In this document: one piece after another, positions 14,672-23,635 of the stretch | Position numbering within the stretch: the first letter of the stretch is position 1 | Layout: every line of letters begins with the position of its first letter | DNA from: Trichinella spiralis | Taxonomy: Eukaryota | Assembly: GCF_000181795.1 (NCBI RefSeq) | Contig: NW_003526940.1 | Location: 3,385,703 to 3,433,721 of the forward strand | DNA: 48,019 nucleotides | Direction of reading: 5' to 3' | The notes under the pieces: model-generated | Database searches by the model: none | What the model was told of the DNA's origin: nothing | The model's input: the letters and a program-made list of their open reading frames with translations, nothing else | Program-made: the position numbers and the translations under genes

Positions 14672-15530
14672 ATGGCTGAACGAAGTAAGTATTGTTGTTT
14701 CTTTGTGTAAAAGGTTGAATAGTATCGTCAATTGTGGTCTGATTTTTAATCTCTGAAAAAGCGGTGGCTTAATTGCCAACAATATTTGGCCAAAATCATG
14801 GACCGCATCTTATTCCAGCATTTCTTGAACAGTTTGTAATCGGTGAATTACTTGTAGGCAAAGAAGTGAAATCAATTTCTGATAATCTGTCCCAGTTACG
14901 TTTAGTAAGTGTTAGCTAATGTTTTATTTCATTATTTAGTATTGTTATTGTGGTTGTGGCTATTTTAGAAAGAATTAGTGAAACGTCCTGACTACGGGAC
15001 TGTTGGCATGCCGATAAAATTAGCTTGCAATTATTTTCCACTGGTAAAACTGCAGACCGGTGATTTTGTTGTTCACAGATATCACATCCTCATACAACAT
15101 CCTCGTTTAAATTTGAATAGGTTCGATTTTAATTTGTTGTCAAGTTTTATCATAATTTTAATCAGTTTATTTTTTCTATTTTAGTATGGCTTCAAGGGCC
15201 ATATTTTGGGCATATGTAGTGAAGCGTTTAGATATTTTTGGTGATCCATTTAAATTAGTATACGATGGGAAGAGTACTTTGTATACAGTTGAAAAATTGC
15301 GTTTGAATCAAGTCGCTGAAGAAGCAGTTACGATTCGTTTTAGAAATTTATTCTTTGATTTTATAAATTGCAATTTTAAAATATGAATATTTTTATATTT
15401 TAAGGATAAATTTTTTTTCAAAACTGTTCGAGAAAATAAAGAAACAGAAGTGTCTATATTGATTAAACCCACTGGTCTGGCTCGCTTGGATTTCCGAAAT
15501 GCAGAAGCCGGTTCCCTGGATGGACGATGA
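14672..15530 (+). CDS. Argonaute 5' fragment (N domain only), 5 exons, 159-aa open frame; truncated gene or pseudogene
   Basis: Exons 14672-14684, 14858-14904, 14969-15120, 15185-15326 and 15405-15530 splice GT-AG in frame. Motifs KRPDYGTVGMPIKLACNYF and VYDGKSTLYT. Ends at TGA 15528-15530. Confidence 0.75.
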
Positions 15531-15544
15531 CTTCAAGCCAACAT

Positions 15545-15834
15545 ATGCGATGTGACGAGAAACGTGAACAATGTTTGACAAAGGAATTTGAGTGAAATCA
15601 AGCGTGAAATTCAGTGAAATTGCGAGCTGAAATGTAACGTTAGCATTAGTGCCATTTTTAAGCCGGAAATTGGAAGTATAGCCACAATATTCCGGATTTT
15701 TCCAACAGATCATTCAGTATTCTGACATTACACCCGGAAGTTAACATCCAATCTTGATAAATTTCAACAGGCAAATTTATTTACAAACACTGGGAGCAGA
15801 TTGCTATATCACTAGGGAAATCAGTATTAGACCC
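15545..15834 (+). repeat. ~290-bp dispersed repeat, part of a non-autonomous MULE-related family
   Basis: Clear similarity to 42306-42586, where it runs directly into the MULE transposase 3' end sequence (also seen at 2220-2287). Confidence 0.75.
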
Positions 15835-15889
15835 ACCACTAACGTTGAGATCATGCACGCTACTACGAGAGGTTTATCTCAAACCCAAC

Positions 15890-15905
15890 GGCCCTTTCTA
15901 GGGTC
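15890..15905 (+). terminator. Orphan histone-type stem-loop with no histone ORF upstream
   Basis: CAAACCCAAC-GGCCCT-TTCT-AGGGTC-A, with the same 5' flank as the H2A stem-loop and one G-U pair. Confidence 0.65.
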
Positions 15906-16971
15906 ATAATTTTGGTCTTATGGTGCAGATCTTTTTTTGTCTGAATGAACTGCCGCTTTTGAATCTACCCAATTTTAACATATAATTTAAAATAACGATG
16001 AAAAAGTTCCGCTAAATTTTGAGGATGTATCATAGTCACTCTTCTCATTACAGTCATAATTATTGACACTGCCTATATTCACTTTCCTCAAGAAAATCAT
16101 TCAGGAAGTCTAAGGAACTATCACTACCATATCCTGTGAGTGACATTTTTAAATTTTTGCGACATTTGACATGAAATAGAGGAAACTTTGCATAAAATGG
16201 TGTAAATGATACTAAACTTAGATCAAACTTTGCATACAATAATGTAAATGATAGTAAAAGTATGGCACATTTTCCATAAAAAGTTAACAAAAAAACCACT
16301 AATAATAACTGTTCACAATCAAGTGGAAAACATGTAGACAAAAAAAAAGATGGTGACTCACCAGTATGAGAGAAAATTAGATAAATGAGAACGATATATG
16401 AAAGGCAACGGCTCAACACGTTTCGCAGACATGACCGCGCAAACTGAAAAAATATTCTGTGATCATTTCTAGGAAAATATGAAAAACAACAGCTGTCATC
16501 ATTTAGAAATTCTGCTAAAGCAGAAAGTTTTCGGGGTTTTCTGGACCCCACACCACCTCTAAAGTTTAATAAAAGTTAAAAAATAAAATATAAATAATAG
16601 TATAAAAATTAATGAGAGATGTAATATGTTAATTTTAGCACTTTTTTTAAATTCTGATGTAACCGCAAGTGATTAAAGATGGCTGATTAGTAAATTGTAC
16701 TTTCGGCAGTTAAATTACAGTAAAATATTTTCACTTTTTTTACTTCCTGTTTTCCAACGTTTTATACCATTTTTAACTTTTAACATTAATGATTCAATCA
16801 CCATGTGCTGCACGTCATCCTGCTACGTTTACAAAATAAATTCTATTCTCATTTTAACGAAATGAACAACGTCATGTGATAAATATAAAATGAAAAATAA
16901 TTTAAAATAAACTATGTAACAAGATACTTTAATAAAATGGCACTATAAAAGTACATGATACAAAAAATTTT

Positions 16972-16987
16972 GGCCCTAAAAAGGACC
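16972..16987 (-). terminator. Histone 3' stem-loop (H2A)
   Basis: Minus strand CAAACCCAAC-GGTCCT-TTTT-AGGGCC-AA. Confidence 0.9.
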
Positions 16988-17013
16988 GTTGGGTTTGGAA
17001 AAAAATGTACAAT

Positions 17014-17409
17014 CTACGGTGATGATTTAGTCTCTTTTGACAGATCTTCAGCTTTCCTTGGAAAAAGATTTGCATTGATGTTCGGAAGAACACCACCTTG
17101 AGCAATAGTTACACCCCGGAGGAACTCGCTCAACTCTTCATCATTTCGTATTGCCAACTGTAGATGCCGTGGAGTGATGCGAGTCTTCTTGTTATCACGG
17201 GCGGCGTTTCCAGCCAATTCGAGTACTTCAGCGGTCAAGTATTCCATGACAGCGGCAAGATAGACAGGACCTCCAGCACCAATACGCTCAGCGTAATTTC
17301 CCTTTTTCAAAAGACGATGAATGCGACCAACAGGGAACTGGAGTCCAGCTCGACTAGATCGAGTTTTTGCTTTTCCTTTAACTTTTCCACCTTTCACGCG
17401 ACCAGACAT
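17014..17409 (-). CDS. Histone H2A, divergent, intronless, 131 aa
   Basis: MSGRVKGGK...[15 protein letters not shown]...[13 protein letters not shown] at 17409-17407; followed by a stem-loop. Confidence 0.97.
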   Translation of the reverse strand: MSGRVKGGKVKGKAKTRSSRAGLQFPVGRIHRLLKKGNYAERIGAGGPVYLAAVMEYLTAEVLELAGNAARDNKKTRITPRHLQLAIRNDEELSEFLRGVTIAQGGVLPNINANLFPRKAEDLSKETKSSP

Positions 17410-17673
17410 CTTCAATTGACAAACACCAGGCAAACTAAAATCTTTCAACAATGAACGTTTCCCCTGAAATTCCGTTTAAATACTTTGGAAATCAAGAATT
17501 AGGTCAAAGTGCAAATTGAAACAATTTTCGCTAAATGCTATTGGCTATCGCGCATCAATTTAAAATCTGGTTACTGAGAAACGCTATTGGCTAGTTTCCC
17601 CTTGGTTTCAGTATAAAAATTCTCATTTTAGAAATTTCATTTTCTTTTTGACGTTTCAGCGGTGTGGAATAAC
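17410..17673. promoter_or_regulatory. Bidirectional H2A/H2B promoter
   Basis: Head-to-head genes, two GCTATTGGCTA (CCAAT) boxes near 17537 and 17583, TATAAAAA at 17612, and TATTTAAA on the minus strand near 17475-17482. Confidence 0.75.
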
Positions 17674-18033
17674 ATGACTCCGAAAGGTGTAAAGAAAGCA
17701 GGTCAACTCCAGAAAGTGGCCAAGTCTGGTGATCGCAGACGACGTCGTTTGAGGAAAGAATCGTTCGCTGGTTACATCTACAAGGTCTTGAAGCAAGTTC
17801 ATGCTGATACTGGCATCAGCAGCAGGGCGATGTCAATCATGAACAGTTTTGTGAATGACATTTTTGATCGCCTTGCCGCTGAGGCGAGTCGTCTTGCCCA
17901 ATACAATCAACGCCACACGATCACTTCACGGGAAATTCAAACGGCTGTCCGTTTACTTTTGCCTGGTGAACTTTGCAAACATGCGGTCAGCGAAGGGACC
18001 AAAGCTGTTAGCAAGTACAACAGTGGAAGGTAA
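17674..18033 (+). CDS. Histone H2B, divergent, intronless, 119 aa
   Basis: [29 protein letters not shown]...[26 protein letters not shown]; followed by a stem-loop. Confidence 0.97.
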   Translation: MTPKGVKKAGQLQKVAKSGDRRRRRLRKESFAGYIYKVLKQVHADTGISSRAMSIMNSFVNDIFDRLAAEASRLAQYNQRHTITSREIQTAVRLLLPGELCKHAVSEGTKAVSKYNSGR

Positions 18034-18075
18034 ACTGTGTTGCCAGCATATTTAAGTAAATAACAATAACCCAAC

Positions 18076-18091
18076 GGTCCTTTTCAGGACC
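18076..18091 (+). terminator. Histone 3' stem-loop (H2B)
   Basis: CCCAAC-GGTCCT-TTTC-AGGACC-AC. Confidence 0.95.
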
Positions 18092-18312
18092 ACATTAATT
18101 TTTATTCAAATCGATGAAATTCAATAAATAAAAACTATACTTTTGTTAAAATTTATTTTTCACTTACATAAAGTAAATTTTTACCAGTTAACCTAATGTT
18201 TAATCATTAATGGGATACTGTAAACTAATAAGATTGTTTATAAAACATTTGAAATTATTGTTAAAAACTGTGTAAGCTGAAAGGGGCAAGGAGAAACCTC
18301 CATCGCAAATCG

Positions 18313-18426
18313 TTTCCCGCCTTTTTCCCCAGCCAATCATTTTTGAAAACTCAGTTCACCACTTACAGTTAAAGGTCAATTGCAGTTATGTATATAAAGG
18401 AGTGAACATTTATTTTGCTCTCAGTT
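18313..18426 (+). promoter_or_regulatory. H3 promoter: E2F-like site, CCAAT box, TATA box, initiator
   Basis: TTTCCCGC 18313-18320, AGCCAATCA 18331-18339, TATATAAA 18391-18398, and TCAGTT 18421-18426 about 30 nt after TATA. Confidence 0.7.
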
Positions 18427-18444
18427 GAGAGTTTTCGAGTAAAA

Positions 18445-18855
18445 ATGGCGCGTACTAAGCAAACCGCTCGCAAAAGTACTGGTGGAAAAGCCCCACGTAA
18501 GCAGTTGGCCACTAAAGCGGCTCGGATGATTGCCACCAATGCTGATAGAGTAAAGAAACTACGTCGTTATCGTCCAGGGACAGTGGCTCTTCGTGAAATT
18601 CGGCGTTATCAAAAAAGTACAGAACTGTTGATCAGAAAGCTGCCATTCCAGCGTTTGGTTCGGGAAGTTGCTCAAGATTACAAAACTGAGTTGCGATTCC
18701 AATCGTCAGCAGTTTTCGCTTTACAAGAAGCGGCTGAAGCTTACCTGGTTGGCCTGTTCGAAGACACAAACTTGTGTGCTATTCACGCAAAACGTGTCAC
18801 CATTATGCCAAAGGATGTTCAGTTGGCTCGTCGTATACGGGGTGAACGCGCCTAA
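18445..18855 (+). CDS. Histone H3 variant, full length (136 aa), with K27M, S28I, P30T, A31N, T32A, G33D, G34R, P38L, H39R
   Basis: [45 protein letters not shown]...; M27 = ATG 18526-18528 and R34 = AGA 18547-18549. The fold differs only by a few changes (I74V, F78Y, D81E, M90F, I124V; A96). Confidence 0.97.
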   Translation: MARTKQTARKSTGGKAPRKQLATKAARMIATNADRVKKLRRYRPGTVALREIRRYQKSTELLIRKLPFQRLVREVAQDYKTELRFQSSAVFALQEAAEAYLVGLFEDTNLCAIHAKRVTIMPKDVQLARRIRGERA

Positions 18856-18887
18856 CTTTGTTATGCCTATTTTGTTCATAATCCAAC

Positions 18888-18903
18888 GGTCCTTTTCAGG
18901 ACC
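18888..18903 (+). terminator. Histone 3' stem-loop (H3 copy 2)
   Basis: CCAAC-GGTCCT-TTTC-AGGACC-AC. Confidence 0.95.
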
Positions 18904-19814
18904 ACTTCAATCTGTTTTCATCAGCTACATTCCATTGATTAAGCATCATTTTTCTGAGAAATTAAATATTTAAATGAATTCAAATTCTAAGGTTGTTCAA
19001 AATAATGATGATCATTTTTACAAACTTTCCATAAAAATATTGTTTTTGAAACAATTTCTGTTATTGTCATTTTATTGTACCACATTAAACCAATACAGAA
19101 TGAGGGTAAAACCTGTGCTGAGAATAATCAGGTTGATGATTTTCAAGTTCAATACAACTGCGCGCAAGACAGTTGAGTATAACAAACTGAGTCGCTGGCC
19201 CTTCTCAGGCTTAAAAAATTTGCTTAAATTGAGCTGTAATTTGAGAACAAGAAAACACACAGAAGCTGAGATTTATTCAGGCATGACCAATACAAATCAA
19301 AAGCACAGACAGTCAGACACAATCAAAGCAATCATTCATTCACACGCCACCAACAACACGATCACATTGCTCAGTCATGTTCACGCGTAAAAACGTGACT
19401 CTGACGTCACAACTAACCAAACAACCTCAAGTTACGGTAGCGGATTCAGATTATCAGGCTTGAGCGAAAGAGGTTTTAACAACCTGTATCTGCCTACGTG
19501 TTTACAATAAATTTCATTGGTTGTCAGTCTGATGCGTTCTATTTGTTAATTTTTCATTTTCTATCAGTGATCAGCTTTCAGATTCAATTCAAAGCATTAA
19601 TACTTTCAATTCAATATTAATTATTATATATTGAAAAATTGTAAGGTTTTTAAAATTAGAAATCTAATTAAATTTTACTGCAGTTGAGTAAAATAATAAA
19701 TTTATATGCAAATAGAAGGAATAAAACAATTAACTACCAGAAATTGGCAGATTCTATGTGACACAAGCAAATGTTCTGGTTAATGCTTTGCTGTCTAATA
19801 TCTCAACATACAAC

Positions 19815-20205
19815 TGTTACTGACTTTTCTGTTGTCGGCAGCTCGACGCTCAGGTTAATAATGGACTGTATTTGATTCGGCGGGAATTCGATTCTCCCAG
19901 CGAAGTAATAAACTTATTACGTCTGTCTACACGAACTCTCAATTAGTTCGTTCTAGTAGCCTAGATAAGCTTCGCTCAACTAGTTCACAGAGAACTATTC
20001 GTCGAACGCGTCAATTCAATACAAGGGTTAAAGTGAATCCTTTACTCTTGTAGTCACAAATACAATACAAAAAGCGACACGCTCGTCTCAAAAATGGCAA
20101 ATCTAGCACTACTCGATCACACGTTGTTGCCACGATTACAACGACAATACAATTACAGTACACTTTCGATAGTCAAGTATCAATCATTTCTTACTGTCTG
20201 TAACA
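19815..20205. mobile_element. Solo LTR with ACAAC TSD, second copy carried by the tandem unit
   Basis: Same sequence, termini and TSD as 7770-8160. Confidence 0.8.
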
Positions 20206-21559
20206 ACAACTTTAACTCTATGCAAAATTCTAACTTCAAAAAATTGCAATGGCATTTAAAACCAGATAGGCAGCTATCACGTTCCTTGACAGTATTTTTG
20301 ATTAATACAAAAGAAAAATGTCATTTTGCGCAAATTTTTTGTAAACTAATAATTTCATTATTGAAAATTAAATTTCATCAAATAAGTTAATTATGAGCTG
20401 TTTAAAATTCTTTGAAAGTCATCATTCATTGTTCAGGTATGTTGAGTTTTTGGTCAGTTCGATCTGTATTATCACGTAAATCAAGACAACAGACTTAAGA
20501 TCGAGTAGCAGAAACACAAGAGCTAGAGAGAGGATTCAAAGAAGCACTACAAAGAAATTAACGGAAATAAGTTTTACTATCACGTAAGGTACTTTGACAA
20601 ACACACACACGTACACTTACCTATTAGTGTATATATATATATATATACACTCAGTAATACAGTATAATGAATTTCAGGTTTCAACATGAATTCTTCATTT
20701 CATCAACAAGCAATCAACAAGAACAACATATAGTAGGTAACTTAAACGCAAACAAATATCACAACTAGGAATACAGCATTAAGCAATGAGCAAGACGCTC
20801 AGCAATAACGACAACTCCGTGAGGAAGTGTCTGCCCATTGTTTTCAACGTTCCAATTATATTCTACTTCCAAATCAACAAAACTGAGAACTTCACGAAAG
20901 CCATTCACTCTTTTGCTGATTATGGAAGACATTAATCTGGTTGTTGCTTACTCCCCATTCACCTTTCTATTAAACTTCCTGATAAATTAACGTACCACCA
21001 TTTTGTTAAACTAATCGTCAAAACTACATGGAGATGTACCAATGTCTTTTAAGATCACCATACTGCTGGTACCTACTTGGTATTGCATACAAAAACTGAG
21101 TCATTGCTAATTGTGAACACTTTGGATAGAATTTCAGAACAGGATTGTACATTCTGCCATTTTGTAAATGGTCAATCTCGATAGCTGCTGTTATTATGAA
21201 AATCGTTGGTATAGATTTCACGTGTTTTCTTTATTGAATTTTAAGCCTGCCAATTTTTTTCACTTCTGCTATTAATCACCAACTTCTACCAGGTCAAAAA
21301 TGCACGGCTATTGAAAATTTGATGATCATGTCAAACATATCAAACACATAATAGAGCTGCTATGTAATACTTTGGTACTAGGATCGATTTCCCCAAACGA
21401 TCTCCGTCTACTTTTTCTAAGCTAAATTTCATTGGTTGTCAGTCTTATCAGATTAGGTTGCCTAGAGAATGGACTGCTTGACTCTCACTTTCCAAAGCTA
21501 ACAGGACACGTCAGTGACAATCACTATGCAAATTCATAAGCAAACACAGTGTTTCAATT

Positions 21560-23635
21560 TGTGACGGCCACCGTGAAATTGTACCTGCATATCACGCCCA
21601 CATTTTTGTAGGACATCGACAGTAGGGGACGCCTGATCGAAAGCCGGTGATCGTGAGCGGTGCGGCTGTTATTCCGTCTTTCTTATTTTGTCATTGTTCT
21701 TTTCGCTGTTCTGTGCTTTGTCTAATAAACTCTTAACCTCTCGCGATGGTGTGAAATCACGTAGCATCGACGAACTCTACAAATGGCGAGCGCGGCAGGA
21801 TCGATGGGACGGAATGGATTAGCCCGTCAGAGATACTTACCATGTCATTGAACGTGGAGACCTGGTTCGAACACTTGGAAAAGTACTTCTGTGCCTCCCG
21901 TATAGCCCCGGAGAGACGAGCTTCCCTTTTTCAGTATCATACTGATGAGGAGGTGCCGGGCGTAATGAGGGCTATGCACGTCCAGGTAACGGACGATTAC
22001 GATGGACTGAAATCAGCCCTGTTGGAAGCCTTCGGTGTGCGCAGCGGTTAAGAGAGGTTCTCCGCTGAGTTTTTCCGGCGTTAACAGCAACGGGGTGAAA
22101 GCGTGCGGATTTATGCTAGTCACTCGCGCTGGCTGTTCACGAAGGCGTTTACCGGACTGAGTGGTACGCCGCCAAGACCCTGCTGTAACAATTTAAAGCA
22201 GGACGTATAGTTTAACGGATGCGATCGATGTTACAGCCCGGGAAGAGCGCATTTGGACAGGGCTCACCGCGCTCAAGTAGAGCGTCTCTTCAGTCAAAGC
22301 AGACGCTGACCAGGAAGACCTGCAGCCAGCGGTCGACGTCACAGAGGCAATAGCTGCCCCGGTAACGACGCGAAAGGAAGTTGGAGAAGAACTGGCGGAA
22401 GTGGCGCGGCAGTTGAAGCAGCTGCTGATGACGGACATAACTGCGGCTGCAAAGAGAGCGACTCCCCAGCAGCGACGCAGGCAGGAGAAGAAAGACCGCA
22501 GAACGTGTTGGACATGCGGAAGAACGGGCCACATCAGTAGGGTCTGCCAAGCTTCCCCCCTCCTTGACGACCGAACGTCCAGGGGAAGCAGTACTGCCTG
22601 AACCTTTAACGCCGTTGACACACGATGCCCTGAGATTGAAATACTGACTGTGGAAGGCTCTGTGGGAGATGTGCGATACAGCGTGCTCATGGACACTGGG
22701 TCCGCGGTAACCCGAGCGGACGGAAAATTTATGCGGGACTCGGAGACCCTGTGGGACGTCATTCGCACCGGAGACGCCAAGCCAGGGCGGTGGTCCCCAA
22801 CGCGGATCGCCCACTACCAGCGAACGCAGGTGGAATCTCTCCTGCTCGAAATGTTGAGGCGAGACGTTGTGGAGCCGTCGAGCAGCCCCTGGGCGTGGCC
22901 AATTTGTTGGTCGAGAGGTACATCGCGGTCAAGGTCGCTCATTTGAAGCGTCGGTGGTGATGGAGATGTGCCTCTTGTTCTGCACCAGGAAGACGCGATT
23001 CTCTGCATACCACCCGCAAGGGAATGGACAAGCGGAGAGGTTCATGTGAACGCTCCTCGACATGCTGTCCATCATGTTCGATGGGAACCGGCACCAGTGG
23101 GACGACATGCAGCCGTTTGTCATGCTGGCGTACAACAGCAACGTTCACGAGAGCACGGGGATGACGCATGCTATCGCCATGTATGGCGGAGAGCCGCGGC
23201 TACCGTTGGACGTGCACATTGGGAACCCGCAGGAGCAAGAAACCCAAAGGCTGCCGGAATACATGCGGAAAACCTGAGAGCGCATCGACCGTGTGCACGA
23301 GCTCGTGAAGGGCCACCTGTAAACGCAGCAGCGTCGACAGAAGTGCCTGTACGACCGCCATGCAAATGAGACGCATTTCCGCCAGAACGACTTTGTGTGG
23401 TTGACCTTGCCAAGAAGACGGAAGCTCGACCTCGGCTGGGAAGAGCCCTACATGATAATGTACGTAATGGGGTCACAAACATTCCGGGTGCGTCACCAGG
23501 AGCAAAAGTGCCGCTCACTGGTGGAACACTCTGACCGGATGAAGCGGTACTACACCAGAGAGTTCGCTGGAGAGCGGTCTTTCCGAGGCGGCACCACCAG
23601 GCAGCAGGAACATCACCCGTTTGCGGCGGAACGTA
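21560..23635 (+). mobile_element. Defective Ty3/Gypsy LTR retrotransposon (5' LTR, PBS, gag, protease, RT/RNaseH deleted, integrase C-part)
   Basis: LTR TG..CA 21560-21781 with AATAAA. PBS TGGCGAGCGCGGCAGGAT 21784-21801 (tRNA-Arg-like). Zinc knuckle CWTCGRTGHISRVC, protease LMDTGS, RT start VVEPSSSPWA, integrase YHPQGNGQAERF and LAYNSNVHESTG. Stops and frameshifts throughout. Confidence 0.92.

Noticed and set aside
16060..16551. 163-aa minus-strand ORF beside H2A
   Set aside because: Non-ATG start, no recognisable motif, low complexity with a short internal repeat; not H1 or H4.
18445..18855. H3 as CENP-A or H3.3
   Set aside because: Canonical length, residues 1-26 and loop 1, FQSSAV rather than AAIG, and a stem-loop 3' end.
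18526..18855. M27 as an internal start giving a tail-clipped H3
   Set aside because: The upstream ATG has strong context (aaaaATGG) and nothing in the sequence supports leaky scanning.
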